A stretch of DNA of 64,000 bases, from contig OY970386.1 of NCBI GenBank assembly GCA_963719465.1, forward strand, positions 1,590,582 to 1,654,581. The letters are read 5' to 3'. A model generated the notes under the pieces. It made no database searches, was not told the origin of the DNA, and saw only the letters and a program-made list of their open reading frames with translations. The stretch comes from an uncultured Chloroflexia bacterium (GTDB lineage Bacteria > Chloroflexota > Dehalococcoidia > DSTF01 > JALHUB01). Shown here in pieces: positions 30,282-39,017 of the stretch (position 1 is the first letter of the stretch; every line of letters starts with the position of its first letter). Position numbers and translations under genes: made by a program.

Positions 30282-30554
30282 ATGAGCAGGCAACCGGCCG
30301 GAAGGCCCCGCGACAAACGGAAAGGACGAAGGCGGATCGTCCCGCCGCCGGTTGGCGCGCGGCCCCGCGTCGCTCCCATCTCCAGCGCCAGCGCCGCGAA
30401 ATCGGCGGAAACGGCTTCGACGCCGGCGGCGCCCGTCCGCCGCGTGCCCGGGATGATGGACTTCAGCTACGTCGGCAGGGAAGTGCGGCGCGTCTTCGTC
30501 TTCATGGTCTGCATGATGACGCTGATCATCGTGCTCTCGCTCGTCTTTCGCTAG
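30282..30554 (+). CDS. Small basic protein with C-terminal TM helix
   Basis: TATAAT at 30245-30250, ATG at 30282, Arg-rich N-terminus, hydrophobic C-terminus, terminator downstream. Confidence 0.65.
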   Translation: MSRQPAGRPRDKRKGRRRIVPPPVGARPRVAPISSASAAKSAETASTPAAPVRRVPGMMDFSYVGREVRRVFVFMVCMMTLIIVLSLVFR

Positions 30555-30573
30555 GTGTACGCGGGGACAAGAT

Positions 30574-30600
30574 AGCCGAGGCGGGAAGGCCTCGGCTTTT
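30574..30600 (+). terminator. Intrinsic terminator
   Basis: AGCCGAGGC-GGGAAG-GCCTCGGCT followed by TTT, between convergent genes. Confidence 0.7.
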
Positions 30601-30623
30601 CGATCTATTGAATGGCGGCAAGC

Positions 30624-31112
30624 CTAGCGAAGTCGCCCGATAGCCACCACTATCGCAAGCCCCACCGTCACGTAGCCAAAAAGATCGTTCGCCGCCAGCA
30701 GGCCGGAGCCCGATAGCGCGTTTCGCAGCAGGTAGGCGATGACGATGCCGCATGCCGCAATACCCTGCAGCACGGCGCCCCGCTTTCGATTCGACGCCCA
30801 GCTGACCGCCTCGCCGACCGCGTATCCGAGGCCGATCGCGAAGAACAGGGCGAAGTAGGCGATGCCGGAGACTCGTTCCGGCAGCAGCAACCACCAGATG
30901 ATGCCGCCGACAATTCCGCCGGCCCCCGCTGCTCCCGCCGCCCGCAGCAGGTACCGCGGCTTCACGTCGTACGTGGGAATGCGACGAAGATGGGCGCAAT
31001 CCCGGCAGCGCGCCCCCACCGGCGTGTGCACGAGACAGCGCGGGCAGATGGCCTTGCCGCAGCGGCTGCAGGCCAGCTCCGTCTCAACACCCGGGTGCGT
31101 CGCGCACTGCAT
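30624..31112 (-). CDS. B-box-type zinc-finger membrane protein
   Basis: CATHP...CSRCGKAICPRC...CRDC followed by about four TM helices. Confidence 0.8.
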   Translation of the reverse strand: MQCATHPGVETELACSRCGKAICPRCLVHTPVGARCRDCAHLRRIPTYDVKPRYLLRAAGAAGAGGIVGGIIWWLLLPERVSGIAYFALFFAIGLGYAVGEAVSWASNRKRGAVLQGIAACGIVIAYLLRNALSGSGLLAANDLFGYVTVGLAIVVAIGRLR

Positions 31113-31279
31113 GTTCGATTCGCTCAGGTCCTTCCCTTCAGATTCACAATCTATTATCGCACCATAATTGAGTAGCATCACCCTTATCATTCGCTGCGCC
31201 CGACCGATATTCCATCAGAGGACGTATGTCTATCGGCATACACCCGTCGGTCGAGTCAATGAATCGATAGCATTGCGAG

Positions 31280-31421
31280 AGATGGAGCGGCCATTGCGAC
31301 AGGGAAGTCGCCAGGCCCCCAACGCGGCATTCGAGAGGAGTCGCGGAAGGGGTAGAAAGGCTTCCGGCTCAGGCGCAAGGGCCTGATACCGTCAAGTCGC
31401 CCGGAGAGGGGGCGAAGCACA
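31280..31421 (+). promoter_or_regulatory. Candidate structured 5' leader (riboswitch-like) of the tasA-like operon
   Basis: TAGCAT -10 at 31268-31273, then four consecutive stems; the last covers the purine-rich RBS region. Confidence 0.4.
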
Positions 31422-31976
31422 ATGTTTAAGCGAGTTTTGATAAGCCTTATCGCCGTTAGCACTCTTGCTGCCTGCGTCAGTCTGGGCGGTGGCCTCTCGC
31501 TCTTCACTCAGTCGATCGACGACGGCAGCAACGCGTTCACGAGCGGCAGCGTGGTAATCAGTGCAAGCCCGTCCAGCGCCTTCATCACGATGAGCAACAT
31601 GGCGCCCGGCGACACGGAGACCGAGGATCTCACCATCGCTAACGAAGGCTCACTGCAGCTTCGCTACGCAATGACGACGAGCGCCACGAACACCGACAGC
31701 AAGAACCTTCGGGACGCTTTGACGCTCGTCATCAAGGAGAAGGGCACCGACTGCGCGACGTTCGATGGCACGACGCTCTATAGCGGCACGCTCGCGGACG
31801 CCGCCATAGGCAACCCGGCGACGGGCGGCGACATCGGGGACCGCGTGCTCGACGCTAGCAGCAGCGAGGACCTGTGCTTCAAGATCACGCTGCCATCTAA
31901 CGCCACCGGGCCTGAAGGCGCTGCCACGACAGCCACGTTCACGTTCGCGGCCGAGCAGACGACCAACAACCCCTAA
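31422..31976 (+). CDS. TasA/CalY-family protein with SipW-type signal peptide
   Basis: Hydrophobic leader, then SLFT...NAFTSGSV; NMAPGDT, TIANEGSLQLRY; C-terminal FTFAAEQ; adjacent to sipW. Confidence 0.85.
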   Translation: MFKRVLISLIAVSTLAACVSLGGGLSLFTQSIDDGSNAFTSGSVVISASPSSAFITMSNMAPGDTETEDLTIANEGSLQLRYAMTTSATNTDSKNLRDALTLVIKEKGTDCATFDGTTLYSGTLADAAIGNPATGGDIGDRVLDASSSEDLCFKITLPSNATGPEGAATTATFTFAAEQTTNNP

Positions 31977-32006
31977 GGGCGCAGGGGCAAGGAGCTGGAG
32001 GTAAGG

Positions 32007-32579
32007 ATGCCGCGTTGGTGCAGTGACCCGCGCCGAATCGGCTGGCTGAAAAAGGGGGTTATCGCCGCCGGCTGGGCTTACCTGGTCGCCGCGGTAGCTC
32101 TCGTGGTTCTGCTATTCATCCCCTCCATTCTGGGTCTTTTCGGCTATCGCTCCTACGTCATTTACGGCGGCAGCATGGGGGCTGCCTTGCGGGAAGGCAG
32201 CGTCGGCCTAACCCGGAAGATCGACGGCAGCGCGATCAAGGTTGGCGACGTAGTCGCCGTCAAGCGCTCCTCCCACTCGACGCCTGTATTGCACCGCGTC
32301 GTCGAGATCGATACGGGTGCCAATGGAGTGCGCACGTTCGTCACCCGCGGCGATGCGAACAAGAACGCCGACGCGCAGCCTGTGACGCTCCAGGGCGCCG
32401 GCGACAGGGTTGTCTTCAGCATCCCCTGGCTGGGCTACGCCGTTCACTTCGCGCGGAGCTTCTTCGGCCGCGTCTTTCTGCTGATCTTCCCGGCGACTCT
32501 CCTGACAGCCATCCTTCTCTGGCAAACGTGGAGGGAGGCGCCGACCGTCCCCTACTTCAGCGAGGAACCGCAATGCTAG
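32007..32579 (+). CDS. Signal peptidase I, SipW/ER type (Ser-His)
   Basis: GGSM, IKVGDVV, VLHRVV, TRGDAN, IPWLGY; TM helices at both ends. Confidence 0.88.
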   Translation: MPRWCSDPRRIGWLKKGVIAAGWAYLVAAVALVVLLFIPSILGLFGYRSYVIYGGSMGAALREGSVGLTRKIDGSAIKVGDVVAVKRSSHSTPVLHRVVEIDTGANGVRTFVTRGDANKNADAQPVTLQGAGDRVVFSIPWLGYAVHFARSFFGRVFLLIFPATLLTAILLWQTWREAPTVPYFSEEPQC

Positions 32580-32641
32580 GCGGCGCGAAGCCCCGCGGCG
32601 TCGGCGACATCTACGGGGCGTAGCGGTGAGAGGGGATAGTC

Positions 32642-33658
32642 ATGCTCGCCCGATTCGGACTGCTGGCTTCCCTACTGCTCGGGCTCGCGATCTCCGGGCT
32701 GGCGGGCATCGCCTTCGAGGAGGGCATTGGCGTCTCCACCGATCAGGCTGCCGACTCCGGAAACACCATGACTACCGGCAGTGTCTGCTTCTCCAGCCAC
32801 AACCCCATGCGTTTGGCTACGGGCAGCTATGCCGGGACCGGACTGGACGATCGGCAGATCACCGGCGTCGGGTTCCAACCCGACGCCGTGATCATAAGGA
32901 GCTCCACCGCGCGCGTCGGTATCGTGCGGACGAGCACGATGAACGGGGACGCCTCTAAGATCCTTGGCGATACGGGGGCGCTGGCGGCGGACCTGATTCA
33001 ATCGTTGGATGCCGACGGCTTCACCATCGGTACGGACGCGCGCGTAAACAACTCCGGCGAAACGTACTACTGGGCCGCCATGAAGGCCGGCTGCGACCTG
33101 GCGGTTGGAAGCTATCTGGGCGATGGCTCCGACAACCGTTCCATCGCCGTCGGCTTCCAGCCTGTCTGGGTGGTGACCCTCGGCGACGGCAACGACTCCA
33201 CGTTTCGCCCGGGGCCCATCTCCGGCGACGCCTCCTACGACATGACGGGGACGGGCAAGCTCACCAATCGCATTCAAGCCATGGAGGCGAACGGTTTCCA
33301 GATCGGCTCGGACGTGGACGTAAACAAGGCCGGCGTGACCTACCACTACATCGCCTGGGCCGCCAGTTTCCGCATCTCAACCGGTTCCTACTCCGGCGAT
33401 GGCACGGACAACCGCTCCATCAGCGGCGTTGGTTTCCAGCCCTTGGTGACGTGGATAAAGCGAGACGACGCGTCGCAATCGGTCTGGCGTCCTGCCAGCC
33501 TTGCCGGAGACGCGACGCTCTTCATGAACGCAACAGCAGCGAGCACGAACCGAATACAGGCGCTGCAATCCGATGGTTTCCAGGTTGGAACCGCCGCCCA
33601 GGTGAACTACAGCGGCGCGACCTTTTATCACCTTGACCTGAGGGATACCGGACCGTAG
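32642..33658 (+). CDS. SipW-type secreted protein with three tandem ~85-90 aa repeats
   Basis: Leader, then STDQ...GNTMTTGS; three repeats GSYxGxGxDxRxIxxVGFQP...IQxxxxxGFxIG...VNxxGxTY. Confidence 0.8.
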   Translation: MLARFGLLASLLLGLAISGLAGIAFEEGIGVSTDQAADSGNTMTTGSVCFSSHNPMRLATGSYAGTGLDDRQITGVGFQPDAVIIRSSTARVGIVRTSTMNGDASKILGDTGALAADLIQSLDADGFTIGTDARVNNSGETYYWAAMKAGCDLAVGSYLGDGSDNRSIAVGFQPVWVVTLGDGNDSTFRPGPISGDASYDMTGTGKLTNRIQAMEANGFQIGSDVDVNKAGVTYHYIAWAASFRISTGSYSGDGTDNRSISGVGFQPLVTWIKRDDASQSVWRPASLAGDATLFMNATAASTNRIQALQSDGFQVGTAAQVNYSGATFYHLDLRDTGP

Positions 33659-33705
33659 GCGGATGTCTGCTGGACGACGCCAAGCCGTAATGTCGGGACG
33701 ATTCG

Positions 33706-34554
33706 CTAGCTGCGAGCGGAGATCAGCCGTTTGGCCGCCGACATGAACGCGTCGATCGCGTCGTCGGGAAGGGGAATGTCGCCGGGCAGACGCTCTCTTG
33801 GCCCGCCGATGCCGTGGAAATCGCTGCCGCCCAGCTTCAGGAGGCCGTGCCGGTCAGCGGCCGCGGCCAGGCGAGTCAGGGTGGCCTGATCGTAATCCTG
33901 GTAGTAGACTTCCATTCCCACCATTCCCGCCGCCTTCAGTTCTTCGAGCAGGCTGTCGAGGTTCGACAGGCTGGCGGGATGCGCCAGGACCGGCAGGGTG
34001 CCCGCCTTTGCCAGCATCGCTATCGCCTCCGACGGCGTCAGCTTGACGCGTTCGGCGTAGGCCGGGCCGTTGCGTCCGATGTAGCGGTCGAAAGCCTCCT
34101 GGAACGATGAGACGAACCCCATCTCCTGGAGCACCTGTGCCACGTGCGGCCGCCCGACTGCGCCCTCGCCGGCCGCCGCCTCCACGCGCTCCCAGGGGAT
34201 GTCGATGCCCAGGTTGTGCAGCTTCTGTACCATCATCCGGCCGCGGTCTCGGCGCGCCATTCGCAGGTCTTCCAGCGCTTTTTGGAACGCGGTGTCTTCC
34301 GGATCGATGCAGTAGCCCAGGACGTGAACTTCGTCGCCCGGGATGTCCGTGCTCATCTCGACGCCGGGGACGAGCGTGAAGGCGGGGTATTGCGATGCGG
34401 CCTCCAGCGCCTCGGGGATGCCCTGTGTCGAGTCGTGGTCGGTCACCCCCAGGATTTCGAGCCCGCGCGAAACCGCCAGTTGCACGAGCTGCGTCGGCGT
34501 CAGCTTCCCGTCCGACGCGTTTGTGTGGGTGTGGAAGTCAGCCTTGCTGGTCAT
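33706..34554 (-). CDS. PHP-domain phosphoesterase
   Basis: DFHTHTNASDG, TDHD, GVE, HVLGY, GRPH, LAHP, GGSDFHG. Confidence 0.92.
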   Translation of the reverse strand: MTSKADFHTHTNASDGKLTPTQLVQLAVSRGLEILGVTDHDSTQGIPEALEAASQYPAFTLVPGVEMSTDIPGDEVHVLGYCIDPEDTAFQKALEDLRMARRDRGRMMVQKLHNLGIDIPWERVEAAAGEGAVGRPHVAQVLQEMGFVSSFQEAFDRYIGRNGPAYAERVKLTPSEAIAMLAKAGTLPVLAHPASLSNLDSLLEELKAAGMVGMEVYYQDYDQATLTRLAAAADRHGLLKLGGSDFHGIGGPRERLPGDIPLPDDAIDAFMSAAKRLISARS

Positions 34555-35318
34555 TGCCCGTTTCCCTGTCCACGCGGACGATGCTTCGGGCCCGTCCGGT
34601 TTGCTCGTCGATGTCCACAAGGACGGCGTTGAGGATGGCCGGCCCACCGGCCGGCTGCAGCCGCACCGGCATCGCCGTCAGAAAGCGCTGAAGCACCCCT
34701 TCGACGCTGTCGCCGATCACCGAGTCGCGCGCGCCCGTCATACCAACGTCGCAAACGAAGGCCGTCCCTCGCGGCAGCACGCGCGCATCCGCCGTCGGCA
34801 CGTGCGTGTGCGTTCCGAGCACTGCGCTCACCCGGCCGTCGAGGTACCAGCCCATCGCCATCTTCTCGCTTGTCGCCTCGGCATGCATGTCGACGATGAT
34901 GATCTTGCCGGCAGGAAGACCCGCCAGAGCCCGGTCGGCGGCCCGAAACGGGTCGTCGATATCGACCATGAACACGCGCCCCTGCAAATTTATCACCGTG
35001 ACAGCGTCCTGCTGGAGAATGCCGCGCCCGGCCACGCCGGGGGGATAGTTCAGCGGCCGGAGGATCGGCGCGTCCGAGTCCAGGTAGGGGATTATCTCCT
35101 TCTGGTCCCAGATGTGGTTGCCGGTTGTGATGATGTCGATGCCGAGGGCCAACATCTGTTCGGCGATGTTGGGCGTTATGCCGCGTCCGGCGGCGGCGTT
35201 CTCGCCGTTGGCGATGACGATGTCCACCGCCAACTCGCGACGGAGCGCCGGCAACAGAATCCGCCAGCGCCTCGCGGCCGGTCCGGCCAACCGCGTCCCC
35301 GACCATCAGTACCTTCAC
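34538..35318 (-). CDS. TIGR00282/YmdB-family metallophosphoesterase (+1 frameshift at ~35264, probable sequence error)
   Basis: MKVLMVGDAVGRTGR in one frame; NGENAAAGRG, TGNHIWD, DMHAEATSEK, GTHTHV, DVGMTG in the next; downstream of rny. Confidence 0.9.
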
Positions 35319-35401
35319 GCCAACCTCGCGGACACAGAGATAGGGAGCGGGTCTATCCCTCGTTTAGCCGCCTTCAGCGACTGACCGCGCTCCCTCTCCG
35401 A

Positions 35402-36940
35402 CTAGCGGGCATACTCCACAGCTCGCGTTTCCCTCACGACTGTGACTTTCACCTGCCCGGGATATTCCAGCGTCTCCTCGATCTTGCGGCTGATGTCGCG
35501 CGCCAGCCGCATCGACTCTAGGTCGTCGATCTCTTCCGGCTTGACGATGATTCGTATCTCGCGACCCGCCTGGATGGCGAACGCCTTCTCGACGCCCTTG
35601 AACTCGTGCGCGACGGCCTCCAGCGACTGCATCCGCTTGATGTAGTGCTCCAGCGTTTCGCGCCGGGCGCCGGGACGGCCGCCGCTGACAGAGTCCGATA
35701 TCTGGACGATGACCGCTTCGATCGACTGCGGCTCCTCCTCTTCGTGGTGCGCGGCTACGGCGTGGACGACCGCCGGGCTCATGCCGAATCGACGTAGCAG
35801 GTCGGCGCCAAGAAGGGCGTGTGTACCCTCGATGTCGTGATCCAGCGCCTTGCCGATGTCGTGCAGGAGGCCGGCGCGCCGCGCCACCCGCACGTCGGCG
35901 CCGATCTCGTCCGCGATCATGCCGCAGACGTGGGCGCACTCGACGGCGTGTTTGAGCTGGTTCTGGCCGTAGCTCGTCCGGTAGCGCAGTCGACCGAGAG
36001 TCTTGAGGAGCTCAGGGTGCAGGCCGGGGCAGCCGGCGTCTACCGCCGCCTGCTCGCCGGCCAGCTTGATGTCGGCGTCCACCTCCTGGCGCGCCTTCTC
36101 CACCACCTCTTCGATGCGCGTGGGATGGATGCGGCCGTCCGTCACGAGACGCGTGAGGGCGACGCGCGCGACCTCCCGGCGCACCGGGTCGAAGGCGGAG
36201 AGGGTCACCGCATCCGGCGTGTCGTCGATAATGAGGTCGACGCCGGTGGCCGCCTCCAGGGCGCGTATATTGCGACCCTCGCGGCCGATGATGCGTCCCT
36301 TCATGTCGTCGCTGGGAATGGGTACGACGCTTACCGTCGACTCCGAGGTCACATCGGTGCTAAGCCGCTGCATGGCGGCGACAAGTAGCTTGCGGGCGCG
36401 TTCGGCGCCCTCTTCTTTGACCTCCGCCTCTATCAGCTTTACCCTGCGGTTGGCATCGGTCCGGATCTCCTCTTCCACTTCGGAGAGGAGGATTTCGCGG
36501 GCCTCCTGGCTGGTGAGGCCGGATACTCTCTCTATTTCTGCTAACTGCTTCTGGTGAAGCTCCTGGAGCTCCTGCCGCGTCTCCTCCAGCGCCTTCTCCT
36601 GGTCGGAGAGGGCATTGGTGCGACGCTCCAGGGCCTCAATCTTGCGATCCAGGCTCTCTTCTTTTTGAGTGAGGCGTTGTTCCGATTTCTGCAGCTCCGA
36701 GCGACGTTCTCTCAGCTCCCCTTCGCCCTGAGCTCGGGCACGCATAGCCTCCTCTTTGGCTTCTAGTAGGATCTCCTTTTGTTGTGTCTGTGCCTCCGAA
36801 AGGATCTTGGCAGCGCTCCGCTCCGCCGCGGCAAGCTGCGTCTGATTGATCCTGAGCCGTATGTTGTATCCAACGAGAGCCCCGACCGCCAGCGCCAGAA
36901 TCCCGACAAGGATAATCGCGATGGCTGCGGGCATTGTCAC
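35402..36940 (-). CDS. rny: Ribonuclease Y
   Basis: N-terminal TM, coiled coil, KH (KGRIIGREGRNIR), HD (GLLHDIGK). Confidence 0.98.
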   Translation of the reverse strand: MTMPAAIAIILVGILALAVGALVGYNIRLRINQTQLAAAERSAAKILSEAQTQQKEILLEAKEEAMRARAQGEGELRERRSELQKSEQRLTQKEESLDRKIEALERRTNALSDQEKALEETRQELQELHQKQLAEIERVSGLTSQEAREILLSEVEEEIRTDANRRVKLIEAEVKEEGAERARKLLVAAMQRLSTDVTSESTVSVVPIPSDDMKGRIIGREGRNIRALEAATGVDLIIDDTPDAVTLSAFDPVRREVARVALTRLVTDGRIHPTRIEEVVEKARQEVDADIKLAGEQAAVDAGCPGLHPELLKTLGRLRYRTSYGQNQLKHAVECAHVCGMIADEIGADVRVARRAGLLHDIGKALDHDIEGTHALLGADLLRRFGMSPAVVHAVAAHHEEEEPQSIEAVIVQISDSVSGGRPGARRETLEHYIKRMQSLEAVAHEFKGVEKAFAIQAGREIRIIVKPEEIDDLESMRLARDISRKIEETLEYPGQVKVTVVRETRAVEYAR

Positions 36941-37002
36941 CTCGCTTTCCTGTAGCTAAGTCCATAGATTGTGAAGGTTCAGAAGGTAAACTTCTGCCCC
37001 TC

Positions 37003-37031
37003 ATAATAGGTCTCGCTGATGCCTCTGTCAA
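37003..37031 (-). promoter_or_regulatory. Promoter of rny
   Basis: Minus strand TTGACA-N17-TATTAT. Confidence 0.65.
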
Positions 37032-37073
37032 GGTAAGCGAGCCCCGCTGAGGGGGACGAAGAGGCGTGTACGA

Positions 37074-37700
37074 TTAGGCGTCGTGTCTTAGTTCTCGCCA
37101 GCAGCGGTCGAGGGTGCGCCGCGCCGTCTCGTAGCTGAAGCCGCGACGGGTCAGGAAACCGCCGAGCTTGCGCCGGAAGGCGTCGTAGTCCTCGCCCGAC
37201 AGCGTCTTCAGCCGTTTCGACGCCGCCCGGTACGCCGACTCCTCATCGTCGAGGCCGTCCACCGCCGCCGTCGCTGTGTCCGCGTCGACGCCCTTGTAGA
37301 GGAGCTCGCTGCGGACGAGGCGCCGGCCGCGGGGGCTGATCGTTTGGCGGCTCTCGCGCCAGAACTCGGCGAAAGCGGCGTCGTCCAGGTAGTGCGACGC
37401 CAGCAGCCTCGCCACCGTCTCGTCGATCACTTCAGACGAAGCGTTGAGGCGACGGAGGCGCTGCCGGATCTCCTTCTCGCTGCGCGGGCGGTAGGAGAGG
37501 AGGCGGAGGGCGCTGTCGTAGGCGGTGCGGCGCTCGTCCTCGGCGCGGAGGGCCTGCAGCTCCGCCTCGTCGATGGCCATGCCGTCGTGCAGCCCCTTCT
37601 CCAGCGCGAAGCTGCGCCCCAGCGAGAGGGCGAACCGCCCGTCGACGAAGACGTTAACGCGGCGTCGGTTCCGCTGCGGCTCGACGCTTGTGATGATCAC
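37074..37700 (-). CDS. recX: Regulatory protein RecX
   Basis: ALRLLSYRPRSEKE, YLDDAAFA, LTRRGFS; directly after recA. Confidence 0.93.
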   Translation of the reverse strand: MIITSVEPQRNRRRVNVFVDGRFALSLGRSFALEKGLHDGMAIDEAELQALRAEDERRTAYDSALRLLSYRPRSEKEIRQRLRRLNASSEVIDETVARLLASHYLDDAAFAEFWRESRQTISPRGRRLVRSELLYKGVDADTATAAVDGLDDEESAYRAASKRLKTLSGEDYDAFRRKLGGFLTRRGFSYETARRTLDRCWRELRHDA

Positions 37701-37770
37701 TACAGCCCCCGTCGAAGCGAAAGGGCCGTGCCTCTGAGGCCCGGCCCCTCACCCCATAATCACAGTCGGT

Positions 37771-38826
37771 CTACAGCGACGGTTCCGTCGCCTCTTCCAG
37801 CTCCGGCTCCGGCGCGGCGACACCGTTGCCGCTGCCGCTCCTGATCTTCGCCTCGATCTCCGCCGTCAGCTCCGGGTTCTCGCGCAGGAACTCCTTGGCG
37901 GCCTCGCGGCCCTGCCCCAGTCGCTGCTCGCCGTAGCTGAAGAAGGCGCCCATCTTCTTGACGATGCCAATGTCCACCGCCAGGTCCAGGATGTCGCCTT
38001 GGCGGCTGATGCCCAGGTCCTTGCCGACGAACATGATGTCGAACTCCGCCAGGCGGAAGGGGGGCGCGACCTTGTTCTTAACCACCTTCGCCCGCACGCG
38101 GCTGCCGATGAACTGCTGCCCCTGCTTCAGGCTCTCGATGCGCCGCAGGTCGATGCGGACGGAGCTGTAGAACTTGAGCGCGCGGCCGCCGGGCGTCACC
38201 TCCGGGTTGCCGAAGACGATGCCGACCTTCTCGCGGAGCTGGTTGATGAAGATAACCGCCGTCCGCGAGCGGGCGATCGCCGCAGACAGCTTGCGCATCG
38301 CCTGGGACATGAGGCGGGCCTGTAGGCCGGGAAGCGAATCGCCCATGTCGCCTTCGATCTCCGCCCGCGGCACTAGCGCCGCCACGCTGTCGATGACGAT
38401 GACGTCGACGGCGTTGCTGCGCACCAGCGCCTCGGTGATCTCCAGCGCCTGCTCGCCGGTGTCCGGCTGCGACACCAGCAGGTCTTCGATTTTGATGCCG
38501 CAGGCGGCGGCGTACGTCGGGTCGAGGGCGTGCTCGACGTCGATGTAGGCTGCCGTGCCGCCCATCTTCTGTGCCTCGGCGATGATGTGCTGCGCCAGCG
38601 TCGACTTGCCCGCCGACTCCGGCCCGAAGATCTCCGTCACTCGGCCGCGGGGAATGCCGCCGACGCCGAGCGCGAGGTCCAGCGAGATCGACCCGGTGGG
38701 AATCGCTTCGACCTGCAGGCGGGCCGACGCCTCGCCCAGGCGCATGATGGCGCCCTTGCCGAACTGCTTCTCGATATGGCCGATGGCCAAATCCAGCGCC
38801 TGACTCTTGTCGCCGTTGTCAGTCAT
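37771..38826 (-). CDS. recA: Recombinase A
   Basis: [51 protein letters not shown]. Confidence 0.99.
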   Translation of the reverse strand: MTDNGDKSQALDLAIGHIEKQFGKGAIMRLGEASARLQVEAIPTGSISLDLALGVGGIPRGRVTEIFGPESAGKSTLAQHIIAEAQKMGGTAAYIDVEHALDPTYAAACGIKIEDLLVSQPDTGEQALEITEALVRSNAVDVIVIDSVAALVPRAEIEGDMGDSLPGLQARLMSQAMRKLSAAIARSRTAVIFINQLREKVGIVFGNPEVTPGGRALKFYSSVRIDLRRIESLKQGQQFIGSRVRAKVVKNKVAPPFRLAEFDIMFVGKDLGISRQGDILDLAVDIGIVKKMGAFFSYGEQRLGQGREAAKEFLRENPELTAEIEAKIRSGSGNGVAAPEPELEEATEPSL

Positions 38827-38932
38827 GCGCGAACCTCCTGCCTCAATTGCTAAAGAAACTTCTCAAATTGTTCGCTCCTCGCGAATGATAGCATCTGCCA
38901 AAGGGCTTCGCAAGAGAAAATGGCCGAAAAAG

Positions 38933-38946
38933 CGAAAAAATGTTCG
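38933..38946. promoter_or_regulatory. Possible LexA (GAAC-N4-GTTC type) box upstream of recA
   Basis: CGAAAAAATGTTCG, one mismatch to CGAAC-N4-GTTCG, ~110 bp upstream of recA. Confidence 0.35.
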
Positions 38947-39017
38947 AATTTCTTTGGCCGGTGATCTTCGCCCAGCCGTCGCCGAAGCAACATTGGTTCG
39001 GCGAACGGCCTTCAGCC

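Noticed and set aside
20869-33658. Functional link between the InhA-like protease and the tasA/sipW operon, as in Bacillus cereus
   Set aside because: They are more than 8 kb apart with unrelated housekeeping genes between; there is no evidence beyond analogy.
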